Shown: piece after piece, positions 27,690 through 40,640 of the stretch | Numbering within the stretch: position 1 is the first letter of the stretch | How the letters are laid out: each line of letters starts with the position of its first letter | NCBI GenBank assembly: GCA_964016885.1 | Contig: OZ024742.1 | Location: forward strand, 24,924,001-24,988,000 | Source of the DNA: Eledone cirrhosa | Lineage: Eukaryota | DNA length: 64,000 nt | Direction of reading: 5' to 3' | Notes under the pieces: generated by a model | What the model saw: only the letters and a program-made list of their open reading frames with translations | Told to the model about the DNA's origin: nothing | Databases searched by the model: none | Translations under genes and position numbers: made by a program

Positions 27690-29449
27690 CAATAACAATA
27701 ATGAAATATTGTGCACAGTGCCCAGGTGCACCACAACCCATCAAAAAAGTGCATGTACAGTACATAGGGCAATGCACAAACATCAGTAAAATGAACAGTG
27801 CACGAGTCATGATGCACACATGTGTGCATGTGTATGGAAGGGGCACATCAGGTGTAGTTTTGGCGTATTTTGGGAAGCATGAGTGTCTTAAAGAATGCAG
27901 TGTCTCGGCAGCTAACAATTGACGCAGGCAGTTTGTTCCATGCTTCAGCAACTCTGAGCGTGAAAAAATGTCTGCGAAAGTCATGGGAGCTGTGCTGTTT
28001 TCTTATCTTGTAGGCATGTCCACGTGTGTTAGACACATGGAGATCAAAGAGGCGCTCAGGGTTGCAGTTGGCGAGATGGTTAAAAACTTTGTGGGTATTC
28101 ACCAAGTCCATTGCCAGACGTCGGAGCTTCAATGAGTCCATGCCCAGGGAAGCAAGGCGTTCAGAGTATGGTAGGTGTCTGATGGAGGGTATGCGCTTGG
28201 TTGCACGTCTCTGAACAGTTTCCAGGAGGTCAATGTTCCGAGCAAGATAGGGGTTCCAGACTGATGATGCGAATTCCAAGTGTGGTCGCACCATAGCTGT
28301 ATACAGTTTTAAATAGATGGCTGGAGAGCGGCTAACAAAGGTCTTGCTGAGTGATGCCAAGACACCCTCGGCCTTCTTGACAATCTTAGAGACATGCTTT
28401 GTCCAACGCAAATCGTTGCTGACAGTAATGCCCAGGTCACGTTCACAAGAGGACTTTTTGATGTCAGTGTTGTGGAGGGAGTATGTGGACGCTGGATTTT
28501 TCCTTCCAAAATGCATGGTGGTACACTTGTCCACAGCCAGCTTCAGTTGCCAGTCTGTGATCCATTGCTGCATTGTGTCCAGGTCTGATTGTAGGAAAGA
28601 GTTGTAAATTTCAGGATCAGTCCTTTTGATTTCAAGGTACAGCTTGATGTCATCTGCATATTTTAGTACCGTGGCATTCTGTAAGTTGGCATCTATGTCA
28701 TTAATATATGCCACAAACAAAAGAGGACCAAGAACAGATCCCTGTGGTACACCAGATGACATCTCATATGGTGAAGAATGCTGTCCTAGAACCGTGACTA
28801 CTTCCTTTCGGCTGAGAATGAAGGATTTCAGCCAGTCGAAAAGATCATCCCTCACACCCATTGCAGAGAGTTTTGCCATAAGTCTTTTGTGTGGCACAGA
28901 ATTAAAAGCCTTAGCAAAGTCAAGGTAAACAACATCCACCCATGAGCCGCTGTCAGTGATCCGGGTGATGTCCTCAAGGAACTCGATAAGCTGATCACAG
29001 CAGCTGGAGTTAGGGATAAATCCAAACTGTGAGGGCCGGATGAGGCTGTGAGAGCTCCAGAAGTTCCAAAGTGTTTCTCTGACACAGGATTCCATTAGTT
29101 TGGCCATACAGCTAGTAAGACTGACTGGACGATAGTTGACAGGTGACATGCGGTTGCCCTTTTTGAACAGGGGAATGACACTGGCAGTTTTCCACTGCTC
29201 CGGAGTAGCACCATTGCTGAGACAGTATTGAAAGAAAAAAGAAAGCTGGCGCAAAAGAAAATCCCCGCCACGTTTGAGAAGCAGGTATGTCACACCATCA
29301 AGACCAGGGGAGGCATAGTTGCGCTTATTCTTAAGGTGACGTCGCAACATTGCAGGTGTAAATTCCATAGTTGTTATGGAATTTGATGTTAGAGATGGTG
29401 GAGATGGTACATTCTGGTTTTCAACAGTAAAAATACTTGCATAGCACAT
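27690..29449 (-). mobile_element. CR1-clade LINE, 5'-truncated, with an uninterrupted 533-aa RT and C-terminal frame (27848-29449)
   Basis: NYRPVSLTS, QFGF, VYLDFAKAF.SVPH, SGVPQGSVLGPLLF..YIND, YADDIK, ERDLGI, VRPHLEF...W.P, TRGH, FFTLRV..AWNKLP; short 3' UTR and ATT-rich tail. Confidence 0.92.
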
Positions 29450-29469
29450 ATGAACACCTTTGTATCATA

Positions 29470-29585
29470 GGTGTGTGGCTGAGTGGTTAGAGAATTGGAT
29501 TCACAAACTTGAGGTTGTGAGTTTGATTCCTGGCTGGGCGATGTGTTATGTCCTTGAGCAAGACACGTTATTTCACGTAGCTCCT
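29470..29585 (+). mobile_element. SINE family B head
   Basis: TGGCTGAGTGGTTAGAG...GAGTTTGATTCCTGG...TCCTTGAGCAAGACACGTTATTTCAC. Confidence 0.7.
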
Positions 29586-29829
29586 TCTAGCTGGAGTTGC
29601 GACCGATAGATAGCACTAGCAACTGGAAGACGCAATGGAAACATTGTTTCCCCAGTCTAATTTGATGAAAGTCGATCAATCCTTTTGTATCATAGAACCA
29701 TGGAGAGATTCATGTGGGATGGTAACAATTTTCAAATAATACTGGTCCAAATCTTATCAGTGATGCTGTGCTGCAGTCTTTTAATTGTGTCCCTTCTTAC
29801 CATGTTGCCCATCATTGGTCCCTCTACAA

Positions 29830-30020
29830 TATGTTTGTGGTCGAGCCCATAGCAGTGGAGACTTCAGGTGTCCTTGGCCTTAGGGTCATCTCCCATGGTA
29901 TGGAATTGGCTTCCAGTAGCTCTGAGCCTCTTGAGCTGGAATGGCTATTACAGTGCGCCACCCTCACCATCCTCCAGGGAAATGCCATCTCTATCCTGTC
30001 CGCTGGGGCCAAGGGATGGC
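29830..30020 (+). mobile_element. 3' fragment of CRE-like retrotransposon (RLE-domain tail)
   Basis: ORF 29768-30172 contains EPIAVETSGVLG...LEWLLQCATLTILQGNAISILSAG, typical of CRE-type C-termini. Confidence 0.6.
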
Positions 30021-31539
30021 CAGCTTATGGATCTCCATTTGGTCACAATAGTGTGAGATGGACCTGGAGTATATATGTATTTATGGGAGAGAATAAGTAT
30101 TTAGTAGTATCTACATTTTTTCATGGTATGTCTAGTTTACTATTGAGATACAATGTAAAGTCTGTTTCATAATCTCTTTGTGAAGGAATGTGATGTTGAC
30201 AACAAGTAGTAGAGCAGTAGAGCACTCCATTTCCTTCTTTTGAAAAAAAGATCTTAATCTCAAAACATCAGGAAATATAAGTTTAAACTATATTTTTTTA
30301 CATTACCCTAGCTTTTACTCTTGTGTTTCTAATGTACATTGTATTGACTTTCCCCAATCAGCCATAACCACAAATCTCACAATGCATCATATAATCTATA
30401 CTACTTTTCTAAATATTTAACTGTATTAATCATTCACACCTTACCCATTAATACAACGATGTTTGGAGCATTCACTTGACAAAAGTTCTTACAAAGTATT
30501 ATAATGAAAGGTTTCAATTTAGATATAAACACTTTAAAACAAATCTTTATTTCCCTTAGAATCAGGGACCTGTTTCAGGTGTGTTAGTGTGAAAAGTGTT
30601 TATCTCTTGTCTAATAGTATTAAATTTGGTCACTCTGCTTAACATACTGGTGTTGTTATATATACACTGAGCTCAATAATTTATTTTGAAATTTACAATT
30701 ATTCATGTTTCTCAATATTACTGGCAGAAGGAGCAATGTGAAATTAAATGTCTTGCTCAAGGGCATAATGCATCGCCTGGTCCAGGTATGGAAGTCACTA
30801 CCACTAATGGAAGTCCCTAACCACTAAGCTACATATACTTCCATATGTACTTCTAATATATACTTCATAATATATACTAATATAATTATAGACTTCATTA
30901 AACTTTTGTTGAGACCCATCCTTATCTAACTACAAATCTTCTACCATTGATACTACCTTTCACTATTTGTTTCAATATCTTTATTTTCTTTGTCTTCTAT
31001 AGTTAGAAAACCTATATATGTGTAGTCAAATAGCTGCTCCTATTTTCTGCCATAAATTCCATCAATTGAAACAAATATCTCATTCATTTGTAAGGCTTGT
31101 ACAGAGCAAAACATGACCATCTGTAATGAATCACATTTATTGTAATAGACAATATTATTTTCAACATCAGACTCCATTTGAGGTCTTTAACTGAAAGTGT
31201 CTTTTAGTATATACCAAGCATTACATGTATAGTAATATAGCACACAGACATGCTCACACAGGCATACATATATATATATATATATATATGTATTCATACT
31301 TTACATACATTCATATAAATGTAAACATATATGCATGCACATATATATATACACACACATCTACATACATATAATATAATGTAATATATATATATATATA
31401 TTCATCCATGCACAAACACATTAAATTGCATATGTGTATCTTGATCATCATCATCATCATTATTCAAACAAATGTTAAATGATGATGATGATACATATAT
31501 GCAAAGTAATATATATATACATATATATATATATGAGGT

Positions 31540-31947
31540 GATAAAAGCCGACCTTACCCAATTACACCTCTCAAAAGCGATGACACATGACTGTGACCTC
31601 TGGCGTCACGCAGTAATACAGAGTACCCAACCTCCCATGGGTACAAGCTGAAGCATATAGACAATATGCCCCCACACCCTCCCACTGCAAAGTGGTCATG
31701 GAGGTGCCACGGCAAAAAAGCACCCAGCCCACACTGTAAAGTGGACATGTAGGAGCCACGGAAAAAAAGCACCCATCACTCACTGTAAATAAGGTTGGTG
31801 TTAGGAAGGGCATCCAGCTGTAGAAATCAAGCCAGAATCAGTTCCCGTATGAGCAAGACAATGTCAGCCGGCCAGACACTGCCAACAACAGGACAACCCG
31901 TCTAACCCATGCTAGCATGGAAGAACGGACGTAAAACGGTGATGATA
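31540..31947 (+). mobile_element. SINE family C, long copy
   Basis: Internal GTGCCACGG..AAAAGCACCCA units, AGGAAGGGCATCCAGC and RTE-type tail; homologous to 60155-60490. Confidence 0.8.
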
Positions 31948-32060
31948 TACCATATTGTATACACATACATACACACTGATATATATGTACATACATATAT
32001 ACATATTGGTCCGTAATGACATATATATATATATATATATACAGACATACACACACATAT

Positions 32061-32098
<38 letters not shown>

Positions 32099-32424
32099 TC
32101 CACAGTAAAATGACAATAGCGTACTAATTTCCATCATGGCAATAGTAAATGACTATATTGTTGTGCAGTAGTGAGCCGAAAAGCTAAGAAATTACACAGA
32201 TTTAGCTGTTGAATTAATAACATTGTGGCATGTATGAAATGTGTCTATTATATAATTTACAATTGGTAGAACTGCAATGATTCACCAACCACTACTTCTG
32301 TAAGGACACTTACAAATTACTCACAAGAATATGAAGACTGGAGGCTACAATGTTGGCAATCAAATGGAGATAATATAGGGGTTGAGAAGACCCTTCAGTC
32401 TGGATGAGCTTATAACAACTTCTC

Positions 32425-33010
32425 TAGTGCTGGTGCCATGAAACTTTTACACCCACTACTCTCTGTAAAGTTCTAGTGGTGAAGTAATGATAACACTCAC
32501 TTAGTAAATGATAACACTCTGTAAAGTGAGGGCCACTATATAATGCATTCAGTACAACCTGTAAAGTCCTAATAATAAGGCCATAAAAAAAACTAATCCA
32601 GTAAACTCTATAAAGTGTTAGTGTTGGTGCCACAATAAAATGCATTGCATGTATTTTGTAAAGTGATAGTGTTGACGCTATGAAAACATGCACCCAGTAA
32701 TTTCTATAAAGTAGTAGTGTTGGTGCCACAGTAAAATGCATCCAGTAACCTATGTAAATTGATAGAGATGAGGCTGCGAAAACATGCATTTAGTACATAC
32801 TGTAAAGGGCTGGTAGTGAGGCAAGGATAAAATGCACCCAGTACACTCTGAAAAGTGGTAGTGTTGGTGCCACAATAAAATGCATCCAGTACACTCTGTA
32901 AAGTGATTGTGTTGATGCTGTGAAGACATCCATCCAGTACGCACTGTAAAGCGGTTGTGGTGGTGCCAAAAAAAAAAAAAATACACCCAGTGCTACCTGT
33001 AAGTGGGTTG
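32425..33010 (+). repeat. 48-bp tandem array derived from the family C SINE internal unit
   Basis: CA(C/T)(C/T)(C/T)AGTA recurs at 32691, 32739, 32787, 32835, 32883 and 32931 (exact 48-nt period). Confidence 0.85.
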
Positions 33011-33113
33011 GTCATAGAAAGCATGATTACTAATGGAATGTATGAGTAGGATGAGTTTGCTCTGATGTGTCTAATCATGGACCATGAAAACCTGTCCAAC
33101 CCATACCTGCATG

Positions 33114-33400
33114 CAGGTCCGGATTTAACGGGGGGCAAAGGGGGCAATTATCCCCGGCCCCCTGCAGTGAGGGGGAGGAGGCATCAGTGAAATTTATTTG
33201 TACCATAGAAATTTATTTCTACCCTCAGCTGGGCTTTTTATTTGAGGATGGTTAGAACTTTTCAATTCAAATTACTTGCGCCAATCTAACTTTGATATTT
33301 AAAATTAGGGGATTTGCTGTGTCTTCTAATTTTTTGTGTATGAACCTCTAACACCAAACCTGAAGTGCCAAGAGCCCACAGAAGTCTAAATCCAACCCTG
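33114..33400. mobile_element. hAT-type MITE nested in a SINE tail
   Basis: Ends CAGGTCCGGATTTA / TAAATCCAACCCTG (imperfect TIR); flanks CCTGCATG / TTTGCATA resemble a decayed 8-bp TSD. Confidence 0.6.
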
Positions 33401-33539
33401 TTTGCATAGAAAACAGGCATAAAAGTGATACCTATGGTGACTGACATTAATAAACATGCATCTGTCTCCACAGAGTGAACAATCTGACTGTAGTCTCGAA
33501 TCTATTTCAATTCATATTCAGTGATTGTATACAATATGA

Positions 33540-33992
33540 TAATACTAATAATGAAATTACTGTATACAGTGCTCAGGTGCATTACAACTCATTAAAGGTG
33601 CATGTATAGTACATAGAATAATATACAAATGTCAGGGAAGTCAATAGTGTATGAGTCATGATATACATGTGTGCGTGTGTATGGAGGGGAGATATCAGGT
33701 GTAGTGTTGGTGAATCTCAGGAAGCATGGAGGTTTTAAAGGATGCAGTGTCTCGACAGCTAACAACTGATGCAGGGAGTTTGTTACATGCTTCACCAACT
33801 CTGAGCATGAAAAAATGTTTCCGAAAGTCATGGGAGTTGTGTTGTTTTCTGACTTTGTTGGCATGCCCACGTGTGTTAGACACATGGAAATCAAAAAGGT
33901 ACTCAAGGTTGTTGTTGGCAAGATGGTTAATAATTTTGAGGATGTTTACCAAGTCAGTTGCCAGACATTGGAGCTTCAATGTCTCTGTCCAC
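33540..33992 (-). mobile_element. CR1 3' fragment, same family as 27690-29449
   Basis: ORF 33695-34006 FDFHVSNTRGH..KVRKQH.SHDFRKHFF.LRV.EA.NKLP. Confidence 0.88.
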
Positions 33993-34159
33993 AGAGAAAT
34001 ACTCAACTAATAGCTTTATAAGCCCTATCAATTCAATCAACTTGTGACCTTTTACTCAAAGTTAACTAAACAAACACTACGAGCACATGCCAGAAAGAAC
34101 TACTTTGGCAACAATTGGAAAACATGTTTTAGCTTATATACACACTTCAATGATAATGG

Positions 34160-34440
34160 TGATACCACTGACACCACTACTACTACTACTGCTACTACCT
34201 CCACCATTACTACCACCACCACCACTACCACTACTGATATTACTGTTACTACCTCCACCTCCTCCCTCTACTGCTACTACCTCCACCATTACTACTACTA
34301 CTACCACCACCACCACCACCACCACCACTACTACTACTAATACTACTGTTACTACCTCCATTACTACTACTACTACTACTGCCGCTGCTGCTGCCACCAC
34401 CGCCACCACTACTACCACTGCTAGTACTATGACCGCCAAT
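34160..34440. repeat. Compound (ACT/ACC/GCT)n trinucleotide repeat
   Basis: Directly visible. Confidence 0.9.
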
Positions 34441-34444
34441 AATA

Positions 34445-34592
34445 ATAATTGTTTCTACTTTTGGCACAAGGCCAACAATTACCCAGTGCATTACTGGTAC
34501 TTAATTTATCAACTCCGTAAGGATGAAAGGCAAAGTCAACCTCTGCGGGATTTGAACTCAGATCGTTAAGGGACGTAACTATGCTGGAAAGC
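34445..34592 (-). mobile_element. SINE family A, partial
   Basis: Homologous to 18431-18607. Confidence 0.8.
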
Positions 34593-34744
34593 AGCCAATA
34601 ATAATAATGATTGCTATTTCATTAAGTAGTTTTACTTTATTTAAACCCTTAAGTAGTTTCAAGTAGGTTATTAAGTAAATATTGGCAGGGATTGCAGACT
34701 TAGGGCTATTAGTGAAATAGTGAAATACACAGCAACACATCTAC

Positions 34745-35255
34745 TTCCTCAAATACACACACATATACGTACACACACATCCTGAAATAGGTTCACACAC
34801 AAACACACATCTCCTGAAATATGCACACATCTTCTGAAATATGTATGCACACATACACATCTTGAAATATACAGCAACATATCCACACACACACACCTCT
34901 TGCAATACACAAACACACACGCATATGCACATACCTCCTGAAATACACAAACACACACACATGCACACATCTAAAATATGCATGCAGGCAATCACACACA
35001 CACATTTGGAAATACACATATACAGACATATTTGGATATGCTCATACATACATATTTGGAAATGCTCATACACACACATTTGGAAATGCTCATACACACA
35101 CATTTGGAAATACGCATACACACACACATTTGGAAATGCTCATACACACACATTTGGAAATACACATACACACACATTTGGAAATGCTCATACACACATA
35201 TTTGGAACTGCACACACACAGGCACCTGCAGACGTTCACATACATACCTCCTGAA
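34745..35255. repeat. ~24-bp minisatellite (CACACACATTTGGAAATGCTCATA)n with degenerate left half
   Basis: TTTGGAAAT recurs about every 24-26 nt over 35005-35210. Confidence 0.85.
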
Positions 35256-35460
35256 ATACTAACCCGCTCACCCAACTCCAAAATTACACACTCATACATT
35301 CACCTTCTGACCCCCCCCCCCCATACATATACATACACTGAATATATGCATACACAAACAACCATGCATTCATCCACCCCAGTATAAACACATAACTATC
35401 AACATATAAACAGTCATACATCGAGTTACCATTATCTTCAACACTAGCTAATCAAAGTAT

Positions 35461-37840
35461 ACACTGGTATATTCCTAAAGTACACTTTTGTTAAAAAAAT
35501 AAATGAGCATGGTATTTTCAGATGAACTCTTACTAGAAAATAATTGTGAGCATGTTAAAAAATATTAGAATTTTAAAAATCTCTTGCACAAGGTAGATTC
35601 TATAACATTGATTAACTAATATAGAATTGCATATACAATATACGTGTGTATGTAATAAAAATATTGTGTGCAATTTAACAGTTTATAAAATATAGTATTC
35701 TTCTTCAAATTGTTTAATGGATCAACTTTATTGCTTGTTCATCACTTATTTGTCAGTTTAATCTGTTCATAAAATTCATAAAATACATAAATAGAATAAA
35801 TTAAAATTTGCAAGGTATATTTATTAATATATTTTAATATTTATAATTATATTATATTAATATTATAAATTTTAGATGTATAAAAATCCAGTTGCTAAAG
35901 AGGAAAGTAAAAAGATTTGGGCACAAAATATTTGTCATTTTAAGAAGAGAAAGAAATCTAGGAAAACCAAAATTCAAAGTTCATTAATCGAATTATGCAA
36001 GCTACTTACTGAGCAACAGATCGCTATATCACTCTTGCTGCTGAAGAGAAAAATACCAAAAAAAGAATTAAGATAATTACTGGAGAATGTGAAAGTTTAT
36101 GGGAAAAGTTCAGCTTTCCAACAACTATCAACAAACTTTCAATACCTCGAAAAATTGAAAAAATAATTTAAAAAAAGGAAAAAGAAGTGAAAAGATCTGG
36201 CTCTGCGAATTTCAATAATCTGTTTGACATTACAAAAAGATATGGGATATGGTTAGCAGCCGAAGATTTGTCATTTTATGAAAAGCAAGTTGAGAGTATA
36301 CTACAATGAAAATAGACAGTGAAAAGAAAATCCATCCTTCTAAGAGAATTAAAAACAAAAAACAAGAACTAGATCATGATAAGCCATCCTGCTCATACAT
36401 TCATCTGGACTCAAATAAAAGTTACAGTGACACCGATACAAATACCAACGATTACAAACCTTCACCTTCACCTTCACCAGAAAAAAAAAACGAAAAAGAG
36501 AAACACAACTCATGCTGTTAACCTAGTAAGAAATACTAAATTATCTAGTAGAAAAGCAGCAGCAGTTTGCAACGAATTTAAAAGTGGTGGTATTAAGGTG
36601 AGCATTCTGAGTCAGTCGGCAGTGCACAAAGCAGTTATCAGAGAAGGTGAGAAACTCATGGAAAAGTGGAAAAATGAACTCAAAAGGGAAAATTGGAGCC
36701 TTCATTTTGATGGAAAATGAATGAGAGACGTTGTAGTGATAAAAAAATGATGAGAAAGAAATACGTCTGAGGTAGATGGCATTAACCGATGGAAAGGCTC
36801 TTACTATATTTAATGGATTGAAAGAAGTTATTGACAAATATGAACTGTGGGAATCTATCGTGATGATAGTCTCCGACACAACTAGTGTCAATACCGGCAA
36901 AAAGGCAGGAGTTGTTGCCATGCTCAACAGTGAGTTCGCGCATCGCAGTTATAGCAAGCCATTATCTGTTGGATGCCAGCACCACATTTTAGACCGTGCA
37001 TTGAAAGTTTAGTTTGATCAACTATATAGTAGCAAAACAACTTCGTCATATATCAATTATTACTTTGTTGAGGCCATTTTAAAGAACTATGACGAACTGA
37101 AGCAGAGCTTTTCAAATGGAACGACGGAAATTAATGAAACCCCGACGCGCTGGAGAAGTGACATGGATTTCCTTCAGCATCTCATGATAGCCGTGCAACA
37201 TTTCTTTGAAAACGATGCGTTTCCTAAAATAAATTTTAAGAAATTAACTAATTTGCACAATGCTCGTTGGAATAGCCGAGCAATTTATTTGTTGCTTGGG
37301 TTTATTTTGATGCCTGATGAACAAGCAAAGCTGCGCGCTGGTGCCAAATACATTTGCGGAATGTGTGGAATAATGTGGTTCTCAAATCAACTGTATAGAG
37401 CTGACATCAAGCAGAAACTCATTGACCAACTAATTAAGGCCAAATGTGAAAAGGCTGCAAATAGTGTCAGAAAATTTTGGTCTAATGAAGAATCTCCAAT
37501 TGTGACGTAACGCTCGAACATTTGCGCTGAGTGAGTTGTAAAAGTTGTGCAGGACCTTTTGCCATTTTGTAAAAGTAGTAGAACCTTAGAGATTAAATTT
37601 TGTTTAACTAATAATTAAAATAAATTTTTTATTGTCATAATTTATTGTTTTAGGTATTTATTTTATGGGACTGGCTAATTACCAAAAAATTAAAAATATA
37701 ATTTAGTATGTACAAGAATTATTTTCAAAATTTACAAAAAAAACTACTGTAATTCTTTCTTTATGACAAAAACCTCATTAGAAAATAGCATGCTTATATG
37801 GGGTTGTAAAAAAGTCATATGCCTAATATACACACCCTTA
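35461..37840 (+). mobile_element. hAT-superfamily (hATm-like) DNA transposon, ~2.4 kb, with long imperfect TIRs
   Basis: Left subterminal ATGAGCATGGTATTTTCAGATGAAC (35503) and AATTTTAAAAATCTCTTGCACA mirror right ...CTCATTAGAAAATAGCATGCTTAT and TGTACAAGAATTATTTTCAAAATT; right end ...CACACCCTTA. Confidence 0.7.
35876..37618 (+). pseudogene. Disrupted hATm-like DDE transposase
   Basis: ORF pieces give LHFDGK, VSDTTSVNTGKKAGV, GCQHHILD, HNARWNSRAIY and SNICAE; several stops and frameshifts. Confidence 0.8.
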
Positions 37841-38030
37841 AATAATTGTTTCTACTTTTGGCACAAGGCCAGCAATTATTCCAGTGTATTACTGGTATTT
37901 TATTTTATCGATCCCATAAGGATGAAAGGCAAAGTTAACCTCGGCGGGATTTGAACTCAAACCATAAAGGGCCATAACTCTTTGCTATAAAACATGGCGT
38001 TCGACTCTCTACTGATACTACACATCCACC
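37841..38030 (-). mobile_element. SINE family A
   Basis: Homologous to the other family A copies. Confidence 0.8.
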
Positions 38031-38484
38031 GCATAAAATAATGGTTGCCAAATATAAGCCAAAAATGCTAGGAGTTGCGGTTGTTCTTTTTCTTTCTTCA
38101 ATACCCAATCTATTTCTGGCCATACATAGGGTATTCCACTAATCTGTGTTCTCTCCAGTCTCAGCCCCCCCCCCCCCCCCCCTCCATACAACCCCCCATG
38201 AGCACAGGCTGAACCATACATTTAGTGTGCACCACCTTCACCTGCATCCCTCTTCCATATACCTCCATATTCCAACACTCCACTGCCCACACACGCCCAA
38301 ATACCCACCTCCCCAATCACCACATCTCCCACCAAAATCCCCAGCCTACACTGTAAAGTCGTCGTGGAAGTGTTATGACAAAAAGCCCCAAGCATACATT
38401 CCAAATGTGGTTGACGTTGGGCCGGGCAACTCGTCTAACCCTTGCTAGTAGGGAAAAATGGACATTAAACAGTGATGATGATGC

Positions 38485-39420
38485 ATATATCTATCTATTT
38501 AGGGTGGGTAAAATTCCCGAGATCCATGGATGAGTTCTCTGCAGCGGTCTCTGTCCCTCATTATCGCTGCCATGTCCTGCGTCTCCAAGAGACCAGTGTC
38601 TGTCCTTAAGACATCGACATATGTTAACCTCGGTCTTCTTCTTCCAGTGTGTCCATGCAGGGGCTCCCACAAGAGCACTGAGTGCAGTGTCAACTCTGGA
38701 TGTCGGTGAGCATGTCCAGCTAACCTCAGTTCCATATGATGTGTAGAGCTGTCAACACCACACAAGCACACAACATCCCGCTTGTTTTGGGGGACTTCAA
38801 TGCACATCTGAGTAAGGAGGGCAGTGTAGATCCTTGCTGGTACTTCCATAACAACACCAACCGAAATGGAAGACTACTGAGAGACACCCTGCTGGAGGCG
38901 AACTTGATGGCAACCAACCTAAGGTTTAGGAAGAATTCGAGGAAGATGTGGACCTACATCTCAGATATGCACCTGTCCAAGTCCCAGATTTCATTCTGGT
39001 GAGGTAAAAGTGGCAGAATAGTGTTCTGAACACAGAACTATACAACTATTTCTGTACACTGGGCAGTGACCACTGGCTTGTTATGAGTGAGGTCCAGATG
39101 AGCTTAAGAAAGAACAAGGCTCATCCCCAGAGAGAAATCTATGACTGGGGAGCTGTCAAGGAAGATGATAAGCTACAGCAGATGTTCACAGTAGAAGTGA
39201 GGAATAGGTTCAGTGCTCTGTGTGGAGAGACAGAGGAGAGAGAGATTGGAGGGACTGAGGAGAGTGTGATGAGTATGTACGGGTACTTCACCAATGCAGT
39301 GGCAGAAGCAAGTGAGGCCCTGGTGCCGAGGATAAAGAACAAGAGGAAGCACGTCAGCTCTGCAGACCCAAAAGTGTGTGCAGCCAAAGAAGACCTGAAA
39401 GCTGCCCAGGACCAATTCTC
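38485..39420 (-). mobile_element. Rearranged RTE: 3' end on minus strand joined to APE endonuclease/linker segment on plus strand
   Basis: Minus 38499-38730 LRLAGHAHRHPEL...RPRLTYVD...DRDR; plus 38731-39420 LVLGDFNAHL..NRNGRLL...WTY..., VEVRNRFSAL. Confidence 0.82.
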
Positions 39421-40069
39421 TCTTTCTCTCTCTCTCTATATATATATATAAAGTGTCTTGCTCAAAGGTACAACATGCCACCTGGTTCAGGAATCAAACC
39501 CATATTCTTATGATCATATGCCAATAGCCCTAACCATTAAGCCATGCGGCTTCATCACACATACACAGACATAAATATTTATATTTATATGTAAATGACT
39601 ACATTTACACACATATGCACTCATACATTTACATACATACACACAAATGCACACACACACACATATATATATATATGTTTATATATATATAAACACACAT
39701 GCACACACACAGAGCCACATTATGAACCATCATGTTGTTCCAGACATTAATATAAAAGATGTGAGATTATGTGAGTGATAGAGCAACATGTGTCATAAAC
39801 CTCATTAGAAGAGCTGTCATCTCCCACCCAACCGTCCACTCCTTGCTAATTAGTTGCCCAACTACTGATATGAAAACATTGGCTGCTGCAATTACACTGC
39901 TACCACAGCACCACCAACACCACCTCACCACTGCCATAACACAGCTACTGCTATTACCACTGTCGCTACCAGCACCACAAGCAAACTTATGGATAACTTT
40001 TAATCTTATTTCATTTCAAACAGATTCCCTTTAATTCATCTTTTCATGTCTTTGTTCTTTCTCATCTCT

Positions 40070-40295
40070 GACTTCATATATATGTGTGTATGTGTATATA
40101 TAATATATATTTGTATTTGTGTGTGTATATATATATTTGTATATATATGTGTATATTTATATTTGTATATATGTATGTATATATATATATTTGAATATAT
40201 GTATGTGTGTATATATATATATATTTGTATATATGTATGTGTATATATATATATATATATGTGTGTATATATATATATATATATTTGTATATATG

Positions 40296-40340
<45 letters not shown>

Positions 40341-40357
40341 ATATATATATATATATT

Positions 40358-40418
<61 letters not shown>

Positions 40419-40435
40419 ATATATATATATATATT

Positions 40436-40511
<76 letters not shown>

Positions 40512-40556
40512 ATATATCTACATATATATATATATATATAAAATAAGCCGTTGAAG

Positions 40557-40640
<84 letters not shown>
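40070..40640. repeat. Long interrupted (TA)n microsatellite
   Basis: Directly visible. Confidence 0.97.

Noticed and set aside
32425-33010. 48-bp periodic array as CRISPR-like
   Set aside because: Whole units are mutually homologous and SINE-derived; eukaryotic context with no cas genes.
34044-35387. Thr/His/Cys-Val-rich ORFs
   Set aside because: Translations of trinucleotide and 24-bp repeats, open in many frames on both strands.
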